Made by a program: the position numbers and the translations under genes. 64,000 bases of DNA, from contig NW_024704743.1 of the NCBI RefSeq assembly GCF_018977255.1, positions 71,612,001 through 71,676,000 on the forward strand. The letters are read 5' to 3'. The first letter of the stretch is position 1; every line of letters begins with the position of its first letter. This DNA is from Callorhinchus milii. Taxonomy: Eukaryota. A model generated the notes under the pieces. That model did no database searches and had not been told where the DNA came from. It saw only the letters and a program-made list of their open reading frames with translations. Shown here one piece after another: positions 49,761 to 62,448 of the stretch.

Positions 49761-51086
49761 GGATGAATGGAGATAAGAGAGAGGATCTGAGCAAAGCCTG
49801 ATCATACAGCCATGCACATCTAGTGAAGAAAAGTACATTTCTAACAATGTTCCTCTTCTAATTGTCATACATTTTGACAGGTATTATCTTTGAACACAAC
49901 CCTATATTTTGTGCGCTTGAGCAATTTAAGTGCAGGCACTGAGATATTGTTGTTTTCATTATTGTTGTCAGCGCCTTGTTGTTGGGACGTCTTCCCGACG
50001 TGAAAGGCGCTCAATAAATGGAATCTTGTTGTTGTTGTTGTTTTGTCATGCTATGTTGGATGAGAAGGTTATTCCTCTTATCACAGAAGACACATCAGCC
50101 TTCCTGTTTCTTTTTTATTTGCATGGATAGACCTCGATAATATCAAGCACTGATGATCACCTCATAAAAACTACAGGGAAAGTCATTGCTCCAATTGGGT
50201 CGGAATTAAGACAAAACCTTGTAGGTCTCTGAGTGATGCCGCATGTAAATTTCATGTCTCAAACAATAGAGAAAGGGTGCTGTCGATCACGGCGTGTGGG
50301 ATGTAAGTTATATAATTGCTGGCATTCACACAGGCTAAACAGCACTCAAAGGTATTTGCCTTTCAAAACCTGGTCACTGTGTCAGTAAAAGAATTGCCAC
50401 TAATTTGTTGTTAAAACAGAGTACATGAATCATTTTAAAAGGGACTGAGATGTATGCCTGAAAAGCAATAAAGTATAAGTGAACAAGTAGCAGGCTACGA
50501 TTGGACTAGAGGGTCAAAATTCTGATTGCTAAACAGTACTAGCGTAAACATGCTTGGACAATGTTTGCGTAAATTGCTTTGTGGCAAAACACTGACCCAG
50601 GGAAATTGTGGTTTGTATGTTAGTCTCTTGAAGATTCTGAACTGAAAGGCAGCATTATAGTCAACCGGAAGCCACTTTTATGTTGAGGCTCTGGGACTAA
50701 TTAACCAGCTCAATATGGTGTTGATCACCTGCTGGACAGCTCTGCCCTACATATACAGACCTCCACTTCAACAACAACAACAAACTACAATTATATAGCA
50801 TCTTTTACGTAAGGCAGACATCCCAAGGCACTGGACTTCAACAAGAAATGGCAACCGTACAAATGGATTACCGTACTTGCTTGAGGCAAGGAGGATAGAG
50901 CAAGGAAGGCTGAGGCAGCTGAAACCAAGAGCATTGGTTATGTGGAACATTTTGGAACATGCACTGACCTTCCGGTAACATTTGGAGTACCTGGCACTCT
51001 TGCTCACCACGACCCTAATCTCTGAAACTCCCTGTCTCTATCCCGCTGCTTTGCCCCTCTTTATCTATCTTTAAAATTCCACCTTA

Positions 51087-51680
51087 TCCTGGGGGAGGTA
51101 AGCGGGATCTCCTTGGAGCTGAGTAGGCTACAAGGTGTCATGTTTGGCAACAGAATGTCGATATTGAGCTATCCCTCTGTGGCATTCTTGATAGTCTGGT
51201 TCCTGGGCCAGGCAGGTCTTCAGTATTCCAGGGCACTGCTGATAACAGCCCAGCCAACCTAGCTCATTGGCAGGACTTGGAAGGGCAGACCAGCCACTGA
51301 GGGTAGGGAATCCTCCCAGTTAGCTCCTATTACCCTGCAAGCCATAGCCCAAATGAGGAGGGTGATCTTAGTTGGACAAGCAGCGGGAAAGCTTGCCAGA
51401 CATTGCCATCATTGCCATGACAAGCTATGTGGTTTTAGCTGGTTAGACTCCAGCAGTACCTCAACACACACTTTGGGGTCCCCAAGCCTTGGCTCTTGCC
51501 AAACTGCGCCTAACACTTTCCAAAATTATGTAAGGAGGATGCATTCGTCAGGGAGAGAGTGTGCATTCCATTCCAACAATCTATCTCTGAGATTTCCATG
51601 TGTAGGTGGGATGCATGGAATTCTCAGTTTGGTTTGGATACTCTTAACCACTCTTAAGGTGATTGGTTTCCACATGTTCC
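51087..51680 (+). repeat. Unclassified ~600-bp repeat family, most complete copy
   Basis: cctgggggaggtaagcgggatctccttggagctga...gtgattggtttccacatg; colinear with the other five copies. Confidence 0.85.
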
Positions 51681-51724
51681 CAGCTGCCCCGCCAAAAATA
51701 GAAAGAGTGTTTGGATCTCATGAG

Positions 51725-51990
51725 CAACAACAGTAATTTACATTTATACATCACCATTTATGTTGGAAAGACATTCTAAAGTGCTTCACAGAGCTGCTGA
51801 ACACGCAAGCTGGTGCAGGGAAGGGTGGAGGAAAAGGTGACTGAAAGTGCTGTCAAAACGATAGATCTTAAGACAGGCTGTAAAGGCAGGGAGGGAAGGG
51901 GTGAGGTGGAGGGACTGCAGGGTAGAGTTCCAGAGAGCGGGGCAGAATGGCTGATAGCTCACCCACCAATAGGGGCAGGTTGACAATTTT
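51725..51990 (-). mobile_element. Old L2 3' end
   Basis: ALWNSTLQSLHLTPSLPAFTACLKIYRFDSTF on the reverse strand, plus tail. Confidence 0.65.
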
Positions 51991-52271
51991 CTTCAAAATG
52001 TGTGAAGTCACTTGGTGTTAAATGGCTATGTTGTGATTCCTGTGGCGATTCCTTATCTTGCCATGTGTCAGACTTGTGGAGACATTTTGAATTTACCCCA
52101 GGAACTTCTAGCTTACACCCAAATTATATAGAATGACATTACAGCACCAAAACAGGCCATTCAGTCCAACTACTTTGTGCCCATATTTATATTTCACAAG
52201 AGTCTCCATCCTTTCTAATACCCTCTTCTATACCCCTGTAATCTCTGTTCACTCATGCACACATCACGTTT

Positions 52272-52590
52272 CCTTCTGACTAATCAACATTCAGATTCTA
52301 CTGGTCTCAACCTTCGCCCAATAACCCACCTTACCTTCGCTGCTCCTGTAACCCCAGCTCACCTGCAAGACTCACGTTGCCTTCCTCTCACCTACTCCTA
52401 TTACATCGCCTATTGCTCAAAACAATAGCACCTTTCCCAACTACAAGAGGCAGATATTTGCTTTCAGCAATGGAACTCAAAATGGGCCCTTCCTGTCAAA
52501 GTGATAGGGAAGCAGGAGGCTGCAGGTGGAATGACTCCAGACAGCATTAAGCAAGCTAAGAAGTACATCACAATCTTTTTGGCAGAGTAA
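52272..52590 (+). pseudogene. Second, uninterrupted copy of the unknown fossil coding sequence
   Basis: LLTNQHSDSTGLNLRP... bridges 3270-3295 and 4553-4861; two apparent frameshifts. Confidence 0.55.
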
Positions 52591-52885
52591 AACAGGAACA
52601 AATGTTCTGAGCATTAATGTTGTTTCCTGGAACCTGCAGTTGACCAAAATTTTTAAAATATATTTTATATATTAAAAAAAATCAAAAAAAATCATCACTC
52701 AATCCACGACTGTTTGTGGAACACTGGTGTGCACAATTGGCTACCGCATTTTGCCCACAAAATATACAGTCAATTCTCTTATATGATCTATTCTGTAAAA
52801 CTTTTTGAGACGTCTCAAGATGTGATAAGGGCTACATCAAATGCAATTATTATTATATGATACAAACTATTCTTGGTAAGAATAT

Positions 52886-53286
52886 GTCAACTGCTCAGCT
52901 GGTCACGCTCTCATCTCTGAGTCAGAGGATGTGGGCTCAAGTCCCATGTTGACTGAGACACCATTACAGAGCTGAGGATTTGCAGCATTGTTGGAGGAGC
53001 TGACTTTCAGGTGAGACACTAAACTAAGGTTCCATCTACCTGTTCAGATGGACAATAGAAATCTTGTGGCTCTATTCGAAAAAAGAAAACAGAGATTCTT
53101 CCAGTGTCTTGGCCAACAATTAAAAATTGTTCATTCACATCATGGCTGTTTGTGGGGCATTACTATGCACAAATAGGCTGCCATGTGGGCCTACAAAATG
53201 CCTAGTCACTACACTTTGCAGTATGGCCTGTGAAGTGCCTTGAGATGTTATGAAAGGCATTATATCAAATATAAGGATTATTATTA
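52886..53286 (+). mobile_element. Deu-domain SINE, full length
   Basis: Head tctgagtcagaggatgtgggctcaagtccc, core gcagcattgttggagg...cctgttcagatggac, tail aaggattattatt. Confidence 0.8.
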
Positions 53287-53777
53287 ACTCAAGGGACCTT
53301 CCCCCTCCCCACTCATGGCTGTTGTGTCATCAACTTGAGTTACAACTGCTTTCACAGTTCAATAACTCCACAGTTCACAGACTTCAGCATTGCTTTATGG
53401 TTCTGTTGGAAAATCATGCTGCATCTAAGAGATGCAGGTGGAATCAGTATATTTAAGAGAATACGGACCTCAACCTTCAAAGAACTGCTGCTATTTAACA
53501 ATCTTGTATGAGAATAATAGTCACACTGATTGTTACAGGCCTACCATTATTTCTATTCTTAAAATAAAATGCTTATTTATTAGAGCACATTTATACCTCT
53601 GTGTAATTGTGTTACATCTTTACTTGATACACTGTTAGCATCAAAGAAGCCTGCAGTTCCAATTGGTTTATTGGCAGATTTACTATTTACTGTAAATTTT
53701 CTAACATTTTTTATTTCTAGGTAATAATTTTTAATTTTTTATGCCTTTCTTAAGAAAATGTTCATATAATAAAATAA

Positions 53778-54086
53778 AATAATCCTTGCATTTGATACAG
53801 CCCTTTTCACATCTTCTAGATGTCTCAAAGCACTTCACAGAATACACTGTAAAGTGAATTGACTGTATATTTGTGGGCGAAATGTGGCAGCCAATTGCAC
53901 ACAGCAGTGTCCCACAAGCAGTCATGGATTGAAGAGACCAATTTATTATTATTATTTTTTCTTGAGGGATTATTATCAGGAATGTAGAGTAAGGAAACTT
54001 GTCCAAAGTTTCACCCTGCCGGGAATCAAACACAGGTCTCTCGCTTGCAAGGCGAGTGCTCTAACCACTGAGTTGCAGGACTCCGC
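53778..54086 (-). mobile_element. tRNA-derived SINE
   Basis: Reverse of the 1796-2104 family: taatccttgcatttgata...gtgctctaaccactgagttgcaggactcc. Confidence 0.85.
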
Positions 54087-54400
54087 TACAAAATATTTAT
54101 GTTTTCAATTTTTATCATTCTGCTAATGTTTTTCCTTTCTGTCGTTTTTAATAAATCCAAATGGCTGTAACATTGTGTGGTTAGGAACTGCTCTCCTGTG
54201 GCCCGATATGCAATAAAGCTTTATTGACCCCATGAAACTGTGTGCAATGTTTTTGGAGTTTCATCTACTGTTGAGAGCTACTTCTCAAGAGATTGATAGA
54301 ACATTAGAAGTTTGATGTTTTGATGATACACAACCTAGTGTAAAGAAGCGCAGTGAGAGAACATGAACTCTGAAGTGAACAGCCCATTCGAAGGAGTTAA

Positions 54401-54960
54401 TACAATGAAGCTCCGTTATAAGGCATTGAGTAGTTGAATCCATAAAATACCACTCTGCCTTATAATGAGGCCATGATAGGCAGTCAGTTCTTATAATAAT
54501 AATGCTAACAATAATAATCCTTGCATTTCATTTAGCATCTTATCATGTCTTTGAGATGTCTCAAAGTACTTCACAGAATATCCTGTAAAGTGAATTGACC
54601 GTATATTTTGTGGGTGGAATGAGGCAGCCAATTGGGCACAACATTGTCCCATAAACAGTCCTGCTGCATTTATTGCGAATGCATGCAGATTGCTGGCTAA
54701 CTTCCTGTTAAGCTAATGGCTCCCACACTAAAAAATGCCTGATGTTCCGGTCATCAGATCATTGTTTCACAGGTAGGAAGTAATATCCACAGCAGCCCCT
54801 GGAAATTGGACACGTTTTAGAAGGGGAGCAAGCTAGCAGTTGGAGGCAAGCTGGCCAACTGGCGCATACAGTAAAATGCAGTAAATGAGATCCACACTCT
54901 ATTCACCCTATAACCAAACGTGCCTTATAATGAAACACATTATACCAGGGTTCTAATGTT
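54401..54960. mobile_element. Possible pogo/Tigger-like MITE with a nested SINE tail (~54495-54660)
   Basis: Left end TACAATGAAGCTCCGTTATAA and right end ttataccagggttctaatgt form degenerate terminal inverted repeats; internal gccttataatga occurs near both ends. Confidence 0.4.
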
Positions 54961-55709
54961 TAATGCTCATAATAATGGGGTGGATCACCTGTGCTCAAGT
55001 CCAGGGAATCTCTCTCCTCTCACCCCCCCTCCCATTACCAGTGCTCAGTCCAGAAACCTTTTTCAGCTCCCTCACTAGACTGTCAGCAGGCTCTTTGCAT
55101 ACCAGGCTGTGACTGGTTGTGCCACTTCCCTTCACCACTTGTTGCATGATGGTAGGTGTCTAGAAGGTGTGTGTGTGTCTTCCGGAATATCTTAGTGCAG
55201 CTAAACTGACACCTCCCACATGCCCTCCAGAAATAAATTGATATAACCTCTTTCAATGGTTGTTTACCAAAATTTCTAGCCTACCAAATGATGATTATTA
55301 TATTGAATCTTATATGAAACACTACAATGTTCACCAATGACCAATGTCCATAATAGTGTTCTCCATTGAATGCAATTCTTTGTTTGCATTTGTAAAATTA
55401 TCTAAGCCAGAAAAGCATATTGTAAGCAGTGTTAGACATGATTATATTTTGCCCCTTCACAATATCCACTCTCTACTCTGAACAATATTTTGGGAGAGTA
55501 TTTATTTGTTTCTCTTCTCCTTCCTCACAAAGGGCACACTGATCTAAAGTTTCTACCAATACTATTCTGAATAGGCAATTGGGAGGTGTGTGAGAGTGTT
55601 CTGTGCTTGGCATTTCCACAGCCTCCTTTCTATTGGAAAACTCTTGTTCTGCAGTCGGTACATACCCATAGAAGTGGCATGAAGAGCTGAATGCCCTCCT
55701 TTTGTGCAA

Positions 55710-56120
55710 AATTGTTGGTAGCATTTAAATCAAAAGATTTTGGGTTCAAGCCCTGTGTTGAGACTTTGAACTGACAGCTTTGGCGTGACAGACTAGTGTT
55801 GGGGAGCACTGCACTGGCAGAGGTGTTTCGGGTGAGATGTTGAACTTTAGGTCCTGTCTGCCTGTCCAAGTGGATGTTAGAACTCCCATGGCATTACTCA
55901 AAAAGAAAAGGGAATTTCTTCCAGTTTCCTGGCCAAAGATCCCCCAAATAAAATTTGGTCTTTTACTTCATAGCTGTTGGTGAGACACCTCTGTGTGCAA
56001 ATTGGCTGCTGTGTTTAACTACAAATACACAGTCAATACACTTCACATTAGTAAAATCTTGTGACGCCCTTTGAGACATCTCAATGATTTATAAGGTGCT
56101 ATATCAAATTGAAGAAGTAT
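55710..56120 (+). mobile_element. Deu-domain SINE
   Basis: tgggttcaagccc...ggtgagatgttgaac...gtctgcctgtccaagtggatg...cccatggca...tcctggccaa...gtgctatatcaaat. Confidence 0.75.
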
Positions 56121-56503
56121 TTATAACAATAATATTATATAATAATTTTGTGCAAAACTCAATAATAATATATCATACACTAGTATTATTTTTAAAATGA
56201 TAATAATAATCCTCGCTTTTGGTATCGCACCTTTCACATTGGGAGGACACCTCAAAACTATGTAGTAAGAGAGAGATAAAGAACTCAGTGGAGTTCCTGC
56301 TTTCACTGCAGCCTCATGCTACATGTTGATGCTCCAATGTACACCATCACTGCATTATCCTCTCCATATTGCATTTTCATTTATTGGGTTGTTTCCCCGA
56401 TCTCCCAAGAAAGGGCACTATATACTTTGCTAGGAATAAATTACCAATTATATTCTGCATAGTGAGGATTTTTTTTGCAAACCTCTGTTCTCACTCCTTA
56501 TGT

Positions 56504-56582
56504 ATAAATAAATAAATAGATAAATAGATAAATAGATAAATAGATAAATAGATAAATAGATAAATAGATAAATAGATAAATA
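56504..56582 (+). repeat. (ATAAATAG)n octamer microsatellite
   Basis: Short (ATAA)n run followed by tandem ataaatag units. Confidence 0.95.
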
Positions 56583-57364
56583 ACCCTTAACGTTTCTTCA
56601 GGTGACAGCAGCGTTCAATCCATATCAGTGTATCTGGCGTTAAATCTCCGTCACTGTCACCCGGAATATAAATGTGACCTGATAAGTGATAAATTAACAG
56701 CTTTGCAATCATCATGTAAGTGGACAGTCATAGTAACTTAATTTATTTTCTGGCCTACCTCCCTCCCGGAAAATAATAAAATAATCCTCGCATTTTATGC
56801 CTTACCATATTGTTGAGTTCACAGGATTTTATTGTAAAATATAACATTTTGCATTATTATCATATTTATTGCATTTTTTGTAATCTATATATAGTAAATG
56901 TTTAGGTAAAGTAGACTTTCTATGTCGATAATCCAATACTGTATGTATACAACACAACAATAAATAAATAACATTTATATAGTGCCTTTCACATTGGGAG
57001 GACGTGGATAGATATGCTTGAATGATTTAGGCACTTTCAGAATGTTCATTCTCCATGAAAGACACTAGGTAAGTTACTGCAGGTCAGTGTTAATAAAAGA
57101 TAGTCTGTCCTACTGAGCTATCTAGGAAACAGCGATAATACTGAATCAAATTCCAAAGGGCAAGGATGCAACAACAGAAAATTCAGAGCTAAACTGATTG
57201 TAAAAACGATTTTATCAAAGGAAATTATTTATTTGTGAGCATTTATCTAGATCCTAAAACAGATTACATTTATTGAATCAGGATTTCCTAATATTTCAAG
57301 ATGATTCCAATTCATATACAAGATCAAGACTGTACTTTATTATATTTAAAAAGATTGGTCAGTC

Positions 57365-57615
57365 AGGTATCAGATACACACAGAAACCCATCAGCATGTT
57401 TATGAATTTCCAAAGCAGACTACGAGTTCACATATGTATACCATCTACACATGGAGCTATCCCTGTGCTTGGAATGGAATGCGCACTCTCTCTCTGGAGG
57501 GACGCACCCTGCTCACCTAATTCCCGAAAGGATTAGATCCAGGTTGGTAACAGCAAAGGTCTGGCCACTCCAGAGTGTGAGTTGGGGCATTGCTGGAGTT
57601 TAAGCAGCTAAAACA
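57365..57615 (-). repeat. Unclassified ~600-bp repeat family, 3' half, reverse orientation
   Basis: gaaacccatca...ctacacatgga...ggaatggaatgcgcactctctctctggaggga...cctaattcc...ctggagtttaagcagctaaaac. Confidence 0.75.
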
Positions 57616-59775
57616 TATGAAACAAAACAATTTTAATATGATTATAATTAAGGATGCATTTGTTTATTAAATGTTATTTTTCAATCATTTATTTATTCTT
57701 TTTACCTGAATGTTTATGATGCCCTTTTAAAACTAGGATGCTAAATACTACACAAAATGCAAGTAAAATGAATGAGGGTTTCAATGTGGCCTCCTACGCT
57801 ATCCTGTCACAGGATAGCCGCACTGTGACCTCCCGCCCCATGCTATCACAGGATAGGGTGGCAGGCGGGAGGGGAGGCCATACATGCCCCTCCAATAGAC
57901 CTCTTCCATGCATCTGAGCATGATGCCCAAGCTCCAACGAGCACTCCCACCAGCTACAGATAGGGCGAGAAGCCTCTGCAATGCAAACACAATTTTATAG
58001 GATTAGTTATCTGAACAATTTTACATTGTAAATACTTACAAGAATTTCTAGAATGTGACTGTTATGTGTTAAGCAGAGTAACAAATACAGCAGAGGTCCT
58101 TATTAACATTTGCATGGAAAGAGGCCAGGATATTGACACCTTGGCTATTGAAGTGGTGAGCAGTCAAGCCAGGGTCTTGAAACTAATTTTACTTGGAATT
58201 ATATCATTTGTAAACAGCAGGAAGAGTCCATCTATATGGCACAGATAATAGCAGGAGAAAAAGAATTGTACGAAGTGGGTTAGAATTACATTTACTAAAC
58301 CATAATGATTATAATCAGAACAGAACCTGGACAAATGAAAATTATAATTTGAAAATTGTAATGTTTATGACATGCATTTTCCACAGTAAGATATAAAACA
58401 CATTTGAAAAGCAAACTCTGATACCAGAGAGTGAGAAATGTGATGTTCCATTATCCTTAAATCTGTTATAAAACATGNTTTTTAAACCATATTTAATTTA
58501 CAGGTTTCATAGTTACAATAGTGGATTTACGTTTTGGCATGGCCCGTGCCGACTGAGTTCATATTATTATTTCCTGTGTAGCTATTGAAGTGAGAGCATG
58601 CAATAAAACAAATCAGGCTGTGCTTATTGTTAATACAAAGTTAGTGTTGTGTGAGATGGAGTCTTCACTGAGCACCTCCTGGAAGCAAGTTCCCCCGGGT
58701 TACACTCAGTAAAATGAAGGGGAGCAGAGCATTACATTACAGAAGCACCAAGATTAATTACAAATTGCCACACTATTTGGGTTAAACAGCAATGTCATCA
58801 GTATGTAAATTGGCAGTTCCAAGCAAAAATGAGGCTACATATGGCATTCCTACTGAAAGGCTCTCTGTGTTTCAGGTTTACACAGCAATGCGGTTTTCCT
58901 ATCTTGTAAGAAACAACATGGTAACAGGTAAAGCAACTTACCAAATAGGCTGTTTATGTAACTAAATTACCATAAAGCCATGAAGAATTCAACCAGTCAA
59001 TCCTTGATAGGGGAAGTTGCTGCTATGAGAGCGAAGAATCCCAACTAATTACAATACATAAAACAAGCTCACAGTAAGTATCTCTCAACATGACATCAGA
59101 TACTATTTTATTATTTATTTCCAGGTGTTATTTATTTCCGGATGATGATCCTATGCTTTCATTGTTTTGTTAACTTCAGCTTAGCTTCTGTCTGCTTTGA
59201 GATGCAGGTGGACATAAGGAGCCATAACTATTTCAAACTAACCTGGCCTCTTTCTCCTGGTCTATATTCCTCTCCTGGTTCAAATTTACTCCCAAATTCA
59301 AATTATTTAAATGACATCAAGAACATCTCAAAGTGCTTCATAATGTTTTTGCAGAACGCTCCCTCAGCACTACCTTAGAGTGTTGCCCTAGACTAACAGC
59401 TCATATGGGGAATGGGACATGAGCTGGAAAGCAACATTAATAAAAATACAATCATTTAGAAAAGCAGGTGGCAGCAACATACATATGATGGGCCAAATGG
59501 CCTTGTTTGAGCTAAAAAAAACCTTACATTTCTATGTCTGGTGAGGTCAGTGATAGCGCATCATAATAGAAAGCAATTGAGGCAATATGGTCTATTATGC
59601 AACAATTTGTAATGGGATTTCCTAATAAGCAAAGTGAAGTACTTCACGCAGTCTGGCAGGAATGCCAATCTAACACAGTTTATTTTCAGAGCACAGTTCC
59701 CCGCAGGTAAGTATGACTGGGACATGCGTCTGATTACTGGAAGGAGACCCCATTTGGATACCTTGTGAAGGAAAT

Positions 59776-60733
59776 CAACAACAACAACAACAAGATTACA
59801 TTTGTATAGCACCTTTCACATCAAGAGGACGTCCCAAGGCGATGGACAGAGTACAGCATTTCAGACCCAAGCTGGGGTTGGAGGGGGAGAAGGGAGGGAA
59901 GGGGAAGGGGGGTGGCCAATGGCATGGTCAAAGAGGAGGGTCTTGAGGTGGGACTTGAAGAAGGCTAAGGAGGGGGCGAGGCGGAGTGACTGGGATGGAA
60001 TTCCAGAGGTTGGGGGCAGAGTGGCTGAAGGCTCTCCTGCCAATGGTGGGTCGGATGGGTTGGGGGACGTGGAGCAGGCCAGAGCCGGCTGAGCGAAGGG
60101 AACGGGCGGGTTGGTAGGAGGTTAGGAGGTAGCAGAGGTAGGGTGGGGCGAGGCCGTGGAGGGCTTTGTAGGTGAGGACCAGGATCTTGAACTGGATCCT
60201 CTGAAGGATAGGGAGCCAATGGAGTCGTGCGAGAATGGGGGAGATGGGGTCACAGAGTTTGGTGCGGGAGAGGACACGAGCTGCAGAGTTCTGGATTATC
60301 TGCATCTTGTGGAGGGAGGAGTTGGGAAGGCCGACAAGCAGGGCATTTGCACAGTCGAGGCTGGATGTGATGAAGGCATGTACAAGAGTTTCAGTGGCCT
60401 GAGGGGTGAGGTAGTGGCAGAGTCGGGTAATGTTACGGAGGTGAGGGAAGGCAGAGCAGGTCATGGCTTGGATGTGGGGAAGAAAAGACAGTTGAGGGTC
60501 AAACAAGACACCTCGGTTCCTGACTGGCGGTGAGTTGAAATGTGCAACCATGGAAGTTGATGTTGCCAGAGCCTGAGGTGCAGAGGCGCTGGCCGAGCCA
60601 ATCAGGAGGGCCTCAGTCTTGTTCACATTCAACTGTAAGAAATTTGCCCTCATCCAGGACTTGATGTCCAACAGGCACTCTGTCAGGACAGCAGTGTTCC
60701 TGGAGTTGAGGGTGGAGGCAGAAAGATAGAATT
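59776..60733 (-). mobile_element. L2 LINE 3' ~1 kb
   Basis: ORF 59928-60671 (DIKSWMRANFLQLNVNKTE...LHWLPILQRIQFKILVLTYKALHGLAPPYL); (CAA)n tail at 59776; same subfamily as 15275-16763. Confidence 0.95.
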
Positions 60734-61124
60734 AAATATCACCATGTATTGAACCCCATTATCTGATGGTAACAAATGAATTAAACAGGACAAATGGCTT
60801 TCATCATCATCGTAACCTTTCTTGTGAATTAGAAGCTACCACCATATCTCAACTCTATGAAGGTTAATGGTGAAGTTGTTGCTTAAAGGAAAACACTGTA
60901 TCCTCAGTGGAATTTTCGTCATCAATGTTGAATCATGTCCTATAGTCCTGGTTCCAGGAACAAGTTCTTCATGGATATGGAGGAAATTCATGATGGTAGA
61001 CATCTGGATGAATAGCTGCTAATGACTAAAAGATTCACACATTCATGGCAGAAGTTGGAGATCATTCTCTTAACTAAGAAAATGACTTCGTTCAAACAGA
61101 GTGTGTGACTCACCATACAATGGA

Positions 61125-62064
61125 TAATAATAATCCTTTTATTTGATATAGCGCCTTATCACGTCTTCGAGGTAACCACAACAACTTGCACTTATATAGC
61201 GTTCTCCACGCAGGGTAGCATCTCAGAGCATTTAACAGTGGCCGAGCCTGACTCTGAGCCTGGGTCGGGAGGTGACTGTAAGCATAGTCGAAAAGGAAGG
61301 ATTTAGGTAGGACTTGAAAAGGGAGAGAGGGGGTGCAAGGCGGAGAGATTGAGGGAGAGTGTTAGGGTTTCAGGCGTAGCGGCTGAATGCTCCAATGGTG
61401 GAACGTAGGGCTCGAGAGTCAAGCAGGAGGCCGATGCCAGTTGAGCGAAGGTGGCGGGTGGTGGATTGGTGAGTGAGGAGGTCGGAGAGGGAGGGAGGTG
61501 CTTGAGACTGAATGGATTTGAACACGAATGTGAGGATCTTGAAGTCGATCCGTTCGGTGATGGGGAGCCAGTGGAGCCTGGCCAGAACTGGTGAGATGTA
61601 GGTATGGAGTTTGGTCCGGGTCAGTATGTGGGCGGCAGAGTTTTGAATGAGCTGGATCTTTTGAATAATGGAGCAGGAGAGACCGGCAAGCAGTAGATTT
61701 GAGTAATCTTAAAGACATCTCAAAGCGCTTCACAGAATAAAGTAAACAGTAAAGTGAATTGACTGTATATTTAGTGGGCGAAAGGCGGAAGCCAATTGTG
61801 CACAGTAGTTTCCCGCAAACAGTCATGGATTGAGAGGCCAATTTATTTATTTATTTGTTTGTTTGTTTGTTTGTTTTTTGAAGGAATTATTACCACCGGA
61901 AAAGCAATTGCCCAATTGTCTAATAAACAGGTTCCTACTTACTGCTAGGTAAACAGAGGCACGTGGAGTATGGAAAGTTGCCCAACGTTTCGCCCAGCCG
62001 GGAATCAAACCCAGGTCTCTCGCTTGTGAAGTGAGTGCTCTAACCACTAAGCTACAGGACTCCA
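61125..62064 (-). mobile_element. tRNA-derived SINE interrupted by an L2 fragment (~61175-61710)
   Basis: SINE tail ...atcacgtcttcgag resumes as acatctcaaagcgcttcacagaa at ~61715; the insert encodes LHWLPITERIDFKIL on the minus strand. Confidence 0.8.
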
Positions 62065-62109
62065 TTTTCTGGTGGAGACATTTCTGCGATGCCTCTTATT
62101 CTCTGCTCT

Positions 62110-62448
62110 GACAAACCTGCTGATGTTCATTCCTACAGAAACAGTGCTCATGTAATAATCTTGATAGATTACAACTGTTAAGAATTTAAGTATTGTGATA
62201 TTGCAAAATGCTACTCTGACTTTTACTCCGTCCTCCTACTATTTCGATGGCATTGGTCTTTGGGAGTAGTAGGATTTCAAGCACAGTCCTACTGTGATCC
62301 TCAAATTGGGACTTCCCAGACATATGCTTTTCACCAAAAACACCAAACGTGCTTATGCTCGTTTCCACAGAAACAGTGTTCATGTAATAAGCTTGATAGA
62401 TTACAACAGTTACAAGCATCAGAGTTGTGATATTGTAAAATGCTACAG
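62110..62448 (+). repeat. Diverged ~100-bp direct repeat, period 232 bp
   Basis: acagaaacagtg(c/t)tcatgtaataa(t/g)cttgatagattacaac...ttgtgatattg(c/t)aaaatgctac at 62135 and 62367. Confidence 0.85.

Noticed and set aside
62368..62448. Kringle-like motif (RN...CDIxKC) in both copies of the duplication
   Set aside because: Lacks YCRNPD and PWCY, the spacing is wrong, and the first copy has a stop codon.
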